Shown here: positions 48,202 through 58,887 of the stretch, one piece after another
Numbering within the stretch: the stretch's first letter is position 1
Layout: every line of letters begins with the position of its first letter
From: Candidatus Latescibacterota bacterium
GTDB lineage: Bacteria > Latescibacterota > UBA2968 > UBA8231
Length of the DNA stretch: 64,000 bases
Direction: 5' to 3'
Assembly: GCA_965215195.1 (NCBI GenBank)
Contig: CBDCDC010000002.1
Span: 1,088,001 to 1,152,000, forward strand
Translations under genes and position numbers: made by a program
Notes under the pieces: generated by a model
What the model saw: the letters and a program-made list of their open reading frames with translations, nothing else
What the model was told of the DNA's origin: nothing
Databases searched by the model: none

Positions 48202-50249
48202 CCGCTTTGCACAACATGCAGTGGCTGGTGCTGGTCCTCGCCATCAGCAGCTCGGTGGCGGCGCAGACGCCCTCGGCTTGGGTCGTAGGAGGCGCGAGTG
48301 GCGAGCCTTGGGCCGATGCCGCAGAGCACTGGATCGCCCTCGACGACACCGTGCGCTCTGCGGCGATTCAGCCGCGGGCGATTCCCCGCGGCCACACGGT
48401 TACGCGCCAACTCGTGCGCACCGGCATTGCCACGACTCAGCGCAACCTCTTTGGCTATCGCTGGAGTTTGCACAAGGGGCCGCGCCAGATCGAGGCCGAC
48501 ACCTTAGAGGTCGGGTGGCACCCGCGCCTGTGGCTGGGGGGCGGGGCCAACGCCCTCGCCCCAGAGGTCATGCGCGGGCTGGTCGATGGCGACGAACTAA
48601 CCGCGGGCTATACCCACAGAGCGCGGGCCGATGGCCGCCCCAACAGCGCGCAGTTCATCACGCTCGACTTGGGCGTACCCGTGCCCGTTGACAGCATTGT
48701 GTTCTTTCCGCCGCAGACCGGGCTGACCAGCGACAACCAGCGGCAGCGCGAGCTGTTCGCCCGCGCCTATGAAGTCAGCCGGACCAACGTGCCGGTCGAA
48801 TGGCTGATTTTTGAGGACGAGACCGCGTCGACCGGGTCGGCGGGATACCATCCCCTCGACGAGATTCTCGCCAGCACCTTTGCCAACAACACGAGCGTCG
48901 TCTCCCTCGCAACCGAGCTGCGCTTTACCCGCTTTCTCCGCTTTAAGTTCGGGGAGGTCTCCACCACGACCTTGCTGGCCGAAATCGAAATTTTTGGTCG
49001 CGGCTACCCCCAAGAGGCCCGCTACATCTCCGCGCCCCATTCCTTCGGTCAAGCCGTGAGCTTGGGGCGGGTTGCGTGGCAATTCACCCGCTATCGCCAA
49101 CTGCCTTCCGGCGCGATCACCCCGGATCCCACCGCACCGGTGCGGCTGAACTTGCAGACCCGCGCTGGCTTCGACCCCGACCCCAAGACGTACTTCATCT
49201 TCGACGACCTCGGCCGGCTGGTGGAGGTAGATGAGAAGACCTATTTCGACTCGCCGCGGGTGGTAGAGCGGTTTTCCGAGGGGATCGCTGGCTTCCGCGC
49301 CAAGCGCGACGACGACGTGGAAAACTGGAACAACTGGTCGGTCGCGTACCAAGGGTCGGGCGACGAGATCCGCTCCTCAGACGGGGCCGAGTTCCTCCAG
49401 TTTCGCTTTACCATCACCACCGAAGACCCGCTGACTTTTGGCGTGCTCGACAGCTTGGCCTTTGAGGTCTCGCCGCTGTTGGCCGACCGCGCACTGGCGG
49501 AGATTGTCCTCGACGGACGCGCCGGCGCGGGCGGTGCCGTAGAGGTGCCCCTCGGGGTCGTCCAGCGCTTTGCCTATCACATTCGCACCGAGGCCGGCAA
49601 CCGCGCCGGGTTCAACGGCATTGAGTTAGAGGTTCCTCCGGCCACCCGCTTTCTCGACCTGACCATCGACGACCAGCCGGCGACCGAGGGCGTGGATTTC
49701 TCCCTCGCCACCAGCGACGGGCGTTTGCGCTTCACCTTTCCTTCGGCATTCCAAGAAGACAAGGCGTTTCGCGTGCGCTTTCAAGGCGCGGTCTTCCAGC
49801 CATCAGTTTTTTTAGCCAGCCGCCTTTTTAGTACCTCGGCGGCTGGCTTGCCCCAGTCCATTGAAGCTGGAGACGCCCACGCCGACGTGGCCAGCAATAG
49901 CATCCAAGTCGTCTCCAGCGACGCGGCCCTCGGCATTCTCGGGGCGATAGGGCTATCTGCGCCCGTGGTCACGCCCAACGGCGATGGGGCCAACGAGCAG
50001 GTCGCCATTGGCTTTGATTTGTTCGGCGTTGCTGGGGGCGCGTTGCGGGTGGAGGTGCGCGACCTGAGCGGCCGTCGCTGCGCCGCGATCTTGGACGCGC
50101 AGGCTGCGGCCGGGCCGTACGCGCTGCAGTGGGATGCGCGGGACGAGCGGGGGAAACTCGTGCCCGTAGGGCTATACCTAATCCGCGTTGAGGTCGCAGT
50201 CGATCGCGGAACTTTTGCCCGCATGGAAGCGGTCGGGGTCGCATACTGA
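48198..50249 (+). CDS. Secreted discoidin-like protein with FlgD-Ig/CHU_C-type C-terminus (paralog 2)
   Basis: LDLGVPVPVDSIVFFP, TPNGDGANE, WDARD...VPVGLY and terminal GVAY. Confidence 0.8.
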   Translation: MTALHNMQWLVLVLAISSSVAAQTPSAWVVGGASGEPWADAAEHWIALDDTVRSAAIQPRAIPRGHTVTRQLVRTGIATTQRNLFGYRWSLHKGPRQIEADTLEVGWHPRLWLGGGANALAPEVMRGLVDGDELTAGYTHRARADGRPNSAQFITLDLGVPVPVDSIVFFPPQTGLTSDNQRQRELFARAYEVSRTNVPVEWLIFEDETASTGSAGYHPLDEILASTFANNTSVVSLATELRFTRFLRFKFGEVSTTTLLAEIEIFGRGYPQEARYISAPHSFGQAVSLGRVAWQFTRYRQLPSGAITPDPTAPVRLNLQTRAGFDPDPKTYFIFDDLGRLVEVDEKTYFDSPRVVERFSEGIAGFRAKRDDDVENWNNWSVAYQGSGDEIRSSDGAEFLQFRFTITTEDPLTFGVLDSLAFEVSPLLADRALAEIVLDGRAGAGGAVEVPLGVVQRFAYHIRTEAGNRAGFNGIELEVPPATRFLDLTIDDQPATEGVDFSLATSDGRLRFTFPSAFQEDKAFRVRFQGAVFQPSVFLASRLFSTSAAGLPQSIEAGDAHADVASNSIQVVSSDAALGILGAIGLSAPVVTPNGDGANEQVAIGFDLFGVAGGALRVEVRDLSGRRCAAILDAQAAAGPYALQWDARDERGKLVPVGLYLIRVEVAVDRGTFARMEAVGVAY

Positions 50250-50259
50250 GGGAGATGCC

Positions 50260-52617
50260 ATGAAAACTTTACCGCTAGCAGTTGCTTCCCTCCTGCTCGC
50301 GGCCGCGGCGAGCGGCCAGAACCTGCGCTTTGCCGGGTCCGACTTTGCTTCTTGGGCCTATCCGCCGGGGCTAGTCGAGGTCTTGCCGCAGGGCATTCAA
50401 GTGAAGCACTTTGAGCAGCGGTTCAACGCGGTGGCCAACGCCCGCGAGTTTTCCGCCAAGGCCATTGGCGAATACGGGCAGCGCTTCGCGCGCACGCCGT
50501 CCAACCAGCAGCAGGCCGACCTAGCCGGCGACCAAGACCCAAACACTTGGTGGCAACCCGACCCGGACACCCCGGTGCAGTCGTGGTGGCTGGAGATAGA
50601 TTTGGGGCGCACCGTGGTGGCCGACAAGGTGCGCGTCCGCTTTCCCAACCGCGAGGGGGCCAAGCCCTTTAACTTTTTCTCGCTGTACGTCAGTCCGGGC
50701 ATTCCGGTTTTCGGCGGCCGGGCCAAGCGCATCGTCTATCGCCGGCTGGGCCGGCCGGTCAACAACAACACCGAGTCGCTAGTTGAGTTCGGCCTCGCGA
50801 CGACCGGCCTCTCTTCGGCCACGGGCGAGCACCTGAGCGCGAGCGAGGTCCTCGACTTCGACATCGTGCGCTTCGTGCGCTTTGAAGCGGCCGGCGCAAC
50901 GCCCGATGCCGCGCTCGCCGAAATAGAGGTGGACGGCATTGGCTTCAACCTCTCCTCCATGGTGCAGACCGAGGATCGCGCCGAGCACTGGGGAGGACGG
51001 ACGTGGACGTCCAAGGACCGCGACTGCGAGGGCTGCGGCAAGGGCAGCGGGGCCGAGGCCCTCATCGACCAAGACGTGGGATTTCGCGGGTGGAATATCG
51101 AGGCCTCAGACAAGGGCAACTGGCGCGATTCGGGCGTCTGGTCCGTCGTCGATTTTGGCAACGTCTTCCGCGTCGATCGCCTCATCTGGCTGCCAATTGT
51201 GTCGGGTAAAGGCCCTTTCCTCTACGGCTTCCAGCGCGACAAGCAGGGCAGTTGGCCCGACTTCGATTTCTTCGTCTCCGACGGCACTCCGAGCAACAGC
51301 GCCGACCCGGTCGTCGAAGGCCCCTTCCACTACGAATTGCTGTCGTCCGTGGCCAACTCCGGCCGCTATTTGTTCGACTTCGAGTTCGAGCCGCGCGCGC
51401 TGCGGCTGTTGTTGTGGCGTGTGACCCGGCCGCAGCAGTTCCACCGCGCCGTCCAACTCTTCGTCTTCCACAGCGAGGGCTATCCCGCGCAAGTCGAGCT
51501 GGAGTCCGAGGATATTTTCCTCGGCGGCGCTCGCAGCATGCGCTTCGTCGAATGGGACGCCGACCTGCCGCCCGGCACCCGCATCGAAGTGGAAACCCAG
51601 ACTGGAAATGGCTTCCAGACCATCAAGCGCTACTTCCTCGCCAACGGCAAGGAAGTGACCAAACAAGCCTACGAGGCCGCCAAGTCCCGCAACCGCGGCG
51701 ACATCGTCGAGGAACAGGTGCGCGACGACACCTGGAGCGCGTATAGCCAACCCCATCGGTTCTCCGGGCAGGCGTTTCTCTCGCCATCGCCGCGGCAGTG
51801 GCTGCGGGCGCGGGTGCGGCTCATCAGCGACGATCCCGCGGCCTTCCCCACCCTGCGAGCACTCGAGTTTGTGGCCAATGCGCCGGTCATCACGGCTGGG
51901 CTGACCGGCCGCGTCTTTCCCCGCGAAGCCGCCATGGACGCATTGCAGGCGTTTCGCTATACCATCGCGCCGGTGGCCTTCAACAGCCGAGACCCCGGGT
52001 TTGACCGCGCCCTCATCCTGCTCCCGCCCGGCCGCGGCCGCGATGCCGCATTCATCAGCGCATCCGTGGGGGGTGCCGAGGTCGCGGCCACTGGCCTGTT
52101 GCGCGGGGATTCGCTCGTGGTGGAGCTGCCGCCGCCGCTGGTGCGGCGGGATTCGCTCGCCATCGCCTTTTCCACGCGCCTGTCCCACAGCCCTACGGTC
52201 TTCAGCGCATTCGTCTTCAACTCGGCCAACGGCGATAACCTCCAAGGCGTCGTCCCGGCCGAGTTCGGCGCCGACTTGGTCTTCGTGCCCGAGGCGGTCG
52301 CTGGCGGCTCCTTGATCCGCAACGTCGAGCACACCCGCTCGCTAACCCCCAACGGCGATGGCGCAAACGACCACTGCGAACTGCAATTCACCGTGGTAAA
52401 GACCGAGCAAGCACCGCGAGTACAGGTCTTTACCCTAGCTGGTCGGCCCGTAGTCCAGCTCGCCAGCCAAGGCTTGCCCGGGCGGCGCGTTCGCTACGTC
52501 TGGGACGGACAAAGCGCCGGCCGCGCGGTGCCGCCCGGCATCTACGTCCTGCGCATTGCCATAGAAGCAGACGCCCGCGCCGATCGCGTTTACAGGCTTG
52601 TGCATGTTGCTTATTAA
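50260..52617 (+). CDS. Secreted double-discoidin-like protein with FlgD-Ig/CHU_C-type C-terminus (paralog 3)
   Basis: WWLEIDLGR, VDFG.VFRVDR, TPNGDGAND, WDG...VPPGIY and terminal HVAY. Confidence 0.8.
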   Translation: MKTLPLAVASLLLAAAASGQNLRFAGSDFASWAYPPGLVEVLPQGIQVKHFEQRFNAVANAREFSAKAIGEYGQRFARTPSNQQQADLAGDQDPNTWWQPDPDTPVQSWWLEIDLGRTVVADKVRVRFPNREGAKPFNFFSLYVSPGIPVFGGRAKRIVYRRLGRPVNNNTESLVEFGLATTGLSSATGEHLSASEVLDFDIVRFVRFEAAGATPDAALAEIEVDGIGFNLSSMVQTEDRAEHWGGRTWTSKDRDCEGCGKGSGAEALIDQDVGFRGWNIEASDKGNWRDSGVWSVVDFGNVFRVDRLIWLPIVSGKGPFLYGFQRDKQGSWPDFDFFVSDGTPSNSADPVVEGPFHYELLSSVANSGRYLFDFEFEPRALRLLLWRVTRPQQFHRAVQLFVFHSEGYPAQVELESEDIFLGGARSMRFVEWDADLPPGTRIEVETQTGNGFQTIKRYFLANGKEVTKQAYEAAKSRNRGDIVEEQVRDDTWSAYSQPHRFSGQAFLSPSPRQWLRARVRLISDDPAAFPTLRALEFVANAPVITAGLTGRVFPREAAMDALQAFRYTIAPVAFNSRDPGFDRALILLPPGRGRDAAFISASVGGAEVAATGLLRGDSLVVELPPPLVRRDSLAIAFSTRLSHSPTVFSAFVFNSANGDNLQGVVPAEFGADLVFVPEAVAGGSLIRNVEHTRSLTPNGDGANDHCELQFTVVKTEQAPRVQVFTLAGRPVVQLASQGLPGRRVRYVWDGQSAGRAVPPGIYVLRIAIEADARADRVYRLVHVAY

Positions 52618-52665
52618 GGTATCTGCGAAGGACGAGAAAACACGCGAGCGGTTATTGGACGACAA

Positions 52666-53595
52666 ATGATGCCTTATCGAATTACAAATGAAACAACACG
52701 CGATAAATCACATCTCCTTCAGTATTTTCGCGAGCGTGGAGGGGAAAAGCTGTCTGAGCTTCAACGAGAATTAGGAAGTGAAAATTATAAGGATATTGCA
52801 GGTAAAATAAATAAAGCATTGAGCGATATTTTACAGTCGTTTCTGGAAGTCGTCACAAGTACGGCGGAAGCGGAAAAATGGACTAGTGAAGACAGGTTGC
52901 GTTGCGTTCTCACCTCTACCTACTGTGCCCAAGTTGCAATGATCGATTTGCGAAATCGAGTTTGGCCCTACGAATATATGGCATTCTCTCGCAGAGTTGG
53001 TGAACTATGGGAGCGTTTTGTTCGCATTCCATTTTCTTATTCTGTAAAGACCGTCAAGCCATTCGCGCCTCCTCTCTTTTCAGAGGTTAGGTCAAATCTG
53101 CGAAAAGAGATTGAGGAGTACATCGCCGTTCTTGAGCTCGCACTCGACCGAAAAGCGGAACTTCTTGAATACTACAAAAAGGTTTGGATTTTAGTCGATT
53201 CAGGAGAAATCAATCTCCAGCTTGATTTCCATGCCGAGATTGATGGGAAAAAGGTGAATATTGATTTCAAGAGTGGTTTTGGATCAAATGAGAAGGGAAA
53301 TACAAATAGGTTGTTAATGGTCGCAACTATCTATCGAAATATCGGGGATGATTACGAGAATGTTCTTCTCGTCCGAGCACGAGAAAACCAAAACAATCAC
53401 TATTTTCAGATATTGAAGGGTTCTGGAGTATGGGAAGCTTACTGTGGCGAAGATGCCTATAGTAAGGTTAGTGATTATACCGGATTTGACCTGCGTGATT
53501 GGGTCACTATCAATATTAATTGGGCAGAGGATTTGCTTCCCGATACTACGAATTATTTTACGATCAATAACCTGTTGGGATATTTAGAATGGTAG
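52666..53595 (+). CDS. Putative type II restriction endonuclease
   Basis: GELWE...LDFH...NIDFKSGFGSNEKGN (PD-(D/E)xK-like); overlaps a methyltransferase gene; AT-richer. Confidence 0.6.
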   Translation: MMPYRITNETTRDKSHLLQYFRERGGEKLSELQRELGSENYKDIAGKINKALSDILQSFLEVVTSTAEAEKWTSEDRLRCVLTSTYCAQVAMIDLRNRVWPYEYMAFSRRVGELWERFVRIPFSYSVKTVKPFAPPLFSEVRSNLRKEIEEYIAVLELALDRKAELLEYYKKVWILVDSGEINLQLDFHAEIDGKKVNIDFKSGFGSNEKGNTNRLLMVATIYRNIGDDYENVLLVRARENQNNHYFQILKGSGVWEAYCGEDAYSKVSDYTGFDLRDWVTININWAEDLLPDTTNYFTINNLLGYLEW

Positions 53596-55145
53596 TTCGA
53601 GAAAAGCATAAAGATCCATACCGAGCGTTTTTCACCGCTGACGAGATATTAGGTGGATATATGGCCAGCCTTTTGTATTTGGTTGAAAATGATACCGTAT
53701 TTGAACCGGCTGCCGGTGACGGGCACCTAATCGAAGCGATTCAGAAGGTAAACTCCCATTTGTGTATAACTGCGTATGAACTTCATCCCAATCAGATTTC
53801 CAACTTACGCAAGAAGTTCTCTAAAGACCCTACGGTGCATGTGGTCAAAGGAGATACCTTACTTTGTCCAGATCTCGATATGCGCGAGAACTTTGGACCG
53901 CGCTTCAGCAAAATTATTGCAAATCCGCCATACGGAGGTTGGCAAGAGTACGAGCGTAGAGCTGATTTGAAGAAGCGTTTCCGAGGTTTCTACGTCCGCG
54001 AGACTTATACTCTTTTTCTTCTCAGATGTTTGCGTTTATTAGCAGAAGATGGAACGCTGGTTTTTATCGTGCCAAATACATTCCTCTATCTCCACCTCCA
54101 CGCACCTTTGAGAGAGTATATTATCAGAGAATTTTCTATTGAAACGATAGATGTATTCAAGTCTTCTTTATTTCCGGGTATTTCCTTTGGATATGCTGAC
54201 CTTTGTATAATTTCAATCTCCCGTAAGAAGGCCAAATCACATCACTCTTTCCGGCTCAGGATAGTTGATGAAATAAACGAATTTGCCTCGCCTCTTGATC
54301 GCGAACCGAACTCTGCTTTCATTTTACAAAAAGATGTGCTGAGAACGTACAATTACGCGATCCCTGTTTCTCCCGGACATGTCATTCTAGAAGAATCATC
54401 TGAGGAAAAATTAACAATGTCTGATATCGCTCACTGCGCGACGGGTTTTTACTCGGGTAACGACAAATACTTTTTGAGACGGGCTTCTACTTTGGTCTCG
54501 CGGTCCCGCGGTTATCAGATTGCCGATCCGAACTTGATCGAGAGTCATCCTGAAGGTGTTCCTAACATTTTGAACGGGCTTACTGGAAACCGCACTTTTA
54601 TACCTATCCTCAAGGGTGGAGGCTATCAATTTTTGAAGCCAACTATGTGGTTTGTGAACTGGAGTGAACGCTGTGTTGCTCATTACAAATCGGATCGGAA
54701 AGCAAGATTTCAGAATTCCTCGTATTACTTTAAAAGAGGAATTGGTTTCCCGATGGTCACTTCTACGAAACCAACGGCATCACTTATTCAAGAATCACTA
54801 TTTGACCAATCGATCGTCGGCATTTTTCCAAAGAAAATCAAACTGGAATTTCTGTTAGCCTATTGCAATTCTAATCCCTTTTGGGCTTGTCTAAAAACTA
54901 TCAATCCTTCCGCAAACAACTCCGCAAAATATATTTTGCGGACGCCCGTAGTTCGTCCGGAACCCGACGAGGAAGAAGCGATTGCAAGACGGACTGGCGA
55001 ATTACTCGATCTGCTCAAGACCGGAAAAAAGAGGACAGAAACGCTACAGTCTGAGATTCTGGCCTCCATTTACAAGTACATAAAAAGGAAAGAGGCGAAC
55101 AAGACTCTGGATCCAACTGTCCTCCGCGCTGTGGCTCAACTTTGA
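53589..55145 (+). CDS. N6-adenine DNA methyltransferase (gamma class, Eco57I/TaqI-like)
   Basis: FFT, FEPAAGDG, IIANPPY and GTLVFIVP; C-terminal target recognition region. Confidence 0.88.
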   Translation: MVVREKHKDPYRAFFTADEILGGYMASLLYLVENDTVFEPAAGDGHLIEAIQKVNSHLCITAYELHPNQISNLRKKFSKDPTVHVVKGDTLLCPDLDMRENFGPRFSKIIANPPYGGWQEYERRADLKKRFRGFYVRETYTLFLLRCLRLLAEDGTLVFIVPNTFLYLHLHAPLREYIIREFSIETIDVFKSSLFPGISFGYADLCIISISRKKAKSHHSFRLRIVDEINEFASPLDREPNSAFILQKDVLRTYNYAIPVSPGHVILEESSEEKLTMSDIAHCATGFYSGNDKYFLRRASTLVSRSRGYQIADPNLIESHPEGVPNILNGLTGNRTFIPILKGGGYQFLKPTMWFVNWSERCVAHYKSDRKARFQNSSYYFKRGIGFPMVTSTKPTASLIQESLFDQSIVGIFPKKIKLEFLLAYCNSNPFWACLKTINPSANNSAKYILRTPVVRPEPDEEEAIARRTGELLDLLKTGKKRTETLQSEILASIYKYIKRKEANKTLDPTVLRAVAQL

Positions 55146-55153
55146 TGTTGGTC
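55094..55153. other. Degenerate attC-like site
   Basis: GGCGAAC-AAGACTCTGGATCCAAC...GCTCAACTTTGAT-GTTGGTC, 60 bp, at the end of the methyltransferase gene. Confidence 0.45.
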
Positions 55154-55292
55154 AGAACAGCAAACTGGTGCATAGGGTGGGTTTGCAATCTCCCCTACAA
55201 ATCTCATTTCCATCACGCAACCCGATCAAAGAAAGCCATTCCGTGAGACTTCGCATTCTCCTCCTAACTCGCTTATTAAGAGGGAGCGCACC

Positions 55293-57938
55293 GTGAGACG
55301 TCGAATTTTCGCACTGCTAATTTTTCCATTCGCCTATACGCCGCCGCAAGAGGCGAGCGCCCAACGCGCCACCGGGTACGACAACCCCTATTACGCAACG
55401 GGCACTGAAGTTTCTCCGGCGACCCTCGTGCCCTCGGTGCGCAAGTGGTATCTGCCGCAGCGGCTGTACTCGCTGTACGATTGGCGGCAAGAGCAATACT
55501 CCAACTACGCCCGCGACCACTACGAGCGCTACACCGAGGTCTTCTTGGAAGGCTCGCCGTTCTACGACGTGTACGGCGATTACATCACGCAGGGCTGGCT
55601 GGTGTACGACTGGACCGAAGACTACCCAGAAGACAACGGCAGCATCATCACCAAAAATCCGCGCTTTCGTTCGTGGTTCAACAACCTGCTCGTATCGTCG
55701 AGCCATTCCGGGCAGTTCCACTCGGCCCTGATGGTCGGCGACGGCATCCGCACGACCCTGACCCCCCTGACGTTTTCCAAGCCGCGCTTCGACGGCATTC
55801 AGTGGGACCTTATGACCGACAAGTACGCCCTGACCATGCTGTCGTCGCGGGTCAGCAACACCGGGGAAATTGCCGCCAGCGAAGTCGGGGGCGGCGTCCA
55901 GGCCAATACCTTCACCGCCCTGATGGCCGCCAAGGGGCGGGTGCAGGTCGGGGATTTTGCCGCCCTCGGCGCGACCTTTGTCAATGCGGCGCATCGCAAT
56001 TCCAACCTGCCTTTTGGCGACAACTCGCTCAGCGGCCTGCTCAGCGGCCCCATGAACGCGGACTTTGTGCGCTCCATCGTGGTGCGCATTTCCGACGATT
56101 CGCCCGAAGATGGCGAGGGCGGCGCACTATTGTCGCGCTGGCGCATCTTCATCGACGGCGTCGAACACTCCAGAGACATCGTCCCGGTGGTCGAGGGCGG
56201 CATTCGCCGCGGCGGCGCGATTGTGGCCAGCGGCACGGACGTCATCACCCTGACGTACAACATCGAGGACTTCTCCCCGAGCACGGACGACGCCATCGAC
56301 GATTTCCGCGAGATCGAGCGCATTGAGATCGGCCTCGTGCTGGCCAACGACTACAAGGTCGAAGTGACCTCCAACAAGCAGACCAACAACCTCGGCACCC
56401 CCGTATTCCTGCCGGTGTTGCGCGCGGCCGGCAATGTCAAGGACGGCTCAAATCAGGCCTTTCACCGCTTCAGCTACGGCCTGCCCACCGGGACCCGCAT
56501 GTTGGGCTTCGACCTCGCCATTGCCGACCTGCAAGGCTTTGACTTGCGCGGCGAGTTCGTCCGCAACTTTCAGTACCGCCGCTTTCCCAACGAGAATATG
56601 GCCAAGGACCAGACGCTGGCGACCAACGAGGCCCAAGCCCTGTACGCGACCGCCCAGCAAAGCAACTATCCCTATACGTTTTTCGCCGAGGTGTTCAGCA
56701 TTGACGCGGATTACTCCACCCGCGCCTTCATCCCCAATGCCGAGGGGCAGGTGTTTTACGACAACGAGCAGCGGCACCTGTACGAATTCGTCGATGACAA
56801 CGACGATCAGGACGAGCTGCCGGATTGGACGCGGCGCACGTTTGGCAGCCGCGTCAACACGCGGCAGGGGCAGCAGTTGCTGACCGACGCCGCAGTCTTC
56901 CCGGGCATTGACGAGGACAACGACGACATTTCGGATTTCAATCGGAACTTCAATACCCAGCCCGACTACGCCGAGCCGTTTCTGCGCTTTGACGTGGATC
57001 CGCCGGAGTTTTTGTTCGGCATGGACATGAACAGCAACGGCGTCATCGACCGCTTTGAGGACGACGGAGAAGCCGATTACCCCTACAAGCTAGGCCGCCG
57101 GGGATTCAATACCTATGCGGCCGTCGAGCTCTTGCCGCGCACGACTGTCATGGTCGGCTATCTCGACCAGCGCCTGCTAGAGACGGCGCGGGAAAACCAA
57201 GCCGCTTACCTGCTCCTGACCGCGAAAAAGGAGTTTCCCGCAAGGGACTTCAGCGCGTGGCTGATTGCCAATCCGCGCAAGGTTCGAGACGACATTCCCG
57301 ACGACGTGCTGTTGTGGCGCGACCTGCCCGGCACGCGCGGCCGCTCGGTTTTCACGCGCGACCTCCTGCCCGCACGCGACGCGTTCGTCAACACCACGTA
57401 CCTCGAAGTACACTACGACCGCTACCTGCCCTTGACGGCCAAGGTCAAACACGAATTCTATCGGCAATTGGGCGATCAGAAAGGCGAGTTGCGCGACCAG
57501 AGCTTCTGGGGCATGGTGGTCAAAGGCGAGTACTCCACCCACATTCGCGGCTGGGCCGTGGTGCCCAAGTGGAAACAACTTTACAACAGCCGGGTGCCGG
57601 CCCAGCGCAGTGCGCTCAAAATCCGCGAGTTAACGGAAATTTTCTCCCTGCAAGCCGTGCGCCGCATCAACCGCAACATGCGCTTCATCGCCGGGGCCGA
57701 GTGCGAGCTGTTCAACAATCTCCGCCCCGCGCCCGACCCTCTGCCCTCGGGCTACCTCCTCGACGGCACGACGTGGGTGCTCGCTGGCCAAGTCGCCAAC
57801 GACTCCGCGTACTTGGGTTACGCCCTGACGGCAAATGTCGGTGCGCGCTGGATTCGCCGAGACCTCGACGGGTCGCCAGCTTCGTCCGAGCTGTTGTCCT
57901 TTATCACAGTGTACGCGGGCTTGGGTACGGACCGCTAG
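55293..57938 (+). CDS. Large secreted / probable outer-membrane protein with acidic Ca-binding-like loops
   Basis: Signal peptide; DDNDDQD, DEDNDD and DMNSNG motifs; amphipathic strand pattern ending ITVYAGL. Confidence 0.7.
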   Translation: MRRRIFALLIFPFAYTPPQEASAQRATGYDNPYYATGTEVSPATLVPSVRKWYLPQRLYSLYDWRQEQYSNYARDHYERYTEVFLEGSPFYDVYGDYITQGWLVYDWTEDYPEDNGSIITKNPRFRSWFNNLLVSSSHSGQFHSALMVGDGIRTTLTPLTFSKPRFDGIQWDLMTDKYALTMLSSRVSNTGEIAASEVGGGVQANTFTALMAAKGRVQVGDFAALGATFVNAAHRNSNLPFGDNSLSGLLSGPMNADFVRSIVVRISDDSPEDGEGGALLSRWRIFIDGVEHSRDIVPVVEGGIRRGGAIVASGTDVITLTYNIEDFSPSTDDAIDDFREIERIEIGLVLANDYKVEVTSNKQTNNLGTPVFLPVLRAAGNVKDGSNQAFHRFSYGLPTGTRMLGFDLAIADLQGFDLRGEFVRNFQYRRFPNENMAKDQTLATNEAQALYATAQQSNYPYTFFAEVFSIDADYSTRAFIPNAEGQVFYDNEQRHLYEFVDDNDDQDELPDWTRRTFGSRVNTRQGQQLLTDAAVFPGIDEDNDDISDFNRNFNTQPDYAEPFLRFDVDPPEFLFGMDMNSNGVIDRFEDDGEADYPYKLGRRGFNTYAAVELLPRTTVMVGYLDQRLLETARENQAAYLLLTAKKEFPARDFSAWLIANPRKVRDDIPDDVLLWRDLPGTRGRSVFTRDLLPARDAFVNTTYLEVHYDRYLPLTAKVKHEFYRQLGDQKGELRDQSFWGMVVKGEYSTHIRGWAVVPKWKQLYNSRVPAQRSALKIRELTEIFSLQAVRRINRNMRFIAGAECELFNNLRPAPDPLPSGYLLDGTTWVLAGQVANDSAYLGYALTANVGARWIRRDLDGSPASSELLSFITVYAGLGTDR

Positions 57939-57984
57939 CTTCAAGCAACTTTCCACATCAATGTGATTGGCGAAAGGAACTGAT

Positions 57985-58887
57985 ATGCTCGACAACGTAA
58001 TCGTCCGTCTCGTGATCCATTATGTCGCTACATTCATTTTTTTTCTCGGCCTTTGGCAGTTGTTTCCAGATATATCCATTTATATGGCCGAAGAACAGGC
58101 CCGTTCCCGAGCAACTGTTTTGTCGTCCCAGCAATTTGCAACAGATCCGAGACAGACCATTGAAGAAAGTAGTATTTTCCATCCCAAAACGTTTGTGCCG
58201 GTTTCGATATCCCTGCTGTTTTCGTTTCTCTTTGCCCTGCCTGTTACTTGGGTGTACCGCTGGACGCGGCCGCGCAAGAAATACGACCAAGCCTTTGCCC
58301 ATACCCTCCTCGTCGTGCCCATTGCGATTGCCCTCGTGGTGTTCTTAGTCAAGGGCAGTCTCGCGCTCGCCTTCAGTCTCGCGGGCATTGTCGCCGCGGT
58401 CCGCTTCCGCACGTCATTGAACGACCCCATGGATGCTACCTACATGTTTATCGTCATTGGCATCGGGCTATCGGCCGGGGTCCAGCTTGGTTCAGTGGCC
58501 GTTCTGGCATCAGTGGCTTTTAATGCCGTTGCGCTGGCCATCTGGCGCATGAACTACGGCGCACAGCCTGCCACACTATCCGGGTTTCGGCTGGTGCGTC
58601 CGGCCAAAGAGCGGTCGTTGCCCACGTCGGCAAAGGCGAGTAAGGCTACTGCCAAGCTCCGCGTCCACACAGCGCAAGTTGAGGCGGCCCAGCAGGCTGC
58701 TGTTGCGCTCTTGGCAACTTATGCCAAGCAGTGGCAGCAGGTGGGGATTGTCCAACAGGAAGACGGCCCGACGATCATTGAGTTTGATGTGCGGCTGAAG
58801 AAATCCACGGATCCGACCGCCTTTATCAGGCAGCTTGAAGAAGGCGCAGAAAGCCATATCAGCACCGTGGAGCTAAAAGAATTGTGA
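57985..58887 (+). CDS. DUF4956 membrane protein
   Basis: SLALAFSLAGIVAAVRFRT.L.DP.D..Y.F..IGIGL..G. Confidence 0.85.
   Translation: MLDNVIVRLVIHYVATFIFFLGLWQLFPDISIYMAEEQARSRATVLSSQQFATDPRQTIEESSIFHPKTFVPVSISLLFSFLFALPVTWVYRWTRPRKKYDQAFAHTLLVVPIAIALVVFLVKGSLALAFSLAGIVAAVRFRTSLNDPMDATYMFIVIGIGLSAGVQLGSVAVLASVAFNAVALAIWRMNYGAQPATLSGFRLVRPAKERSLPTSAKASKATAKLRVHTAQVEAAQQAAVALLATYAKQWQQVGIVQQEDGPTIIEFDVRLKKSTDPTAFIRQLEEGAESHISTVELKEL

Noticed and set aside
51106-52332. Long antisense and alternate-frame ORFs (also 25974-27257, 23391-24179, 55445-56326)
   Set aside because: These are shadow ORFs of GC-rich genes with no motifs; the overlapping frames have clear family signatures.
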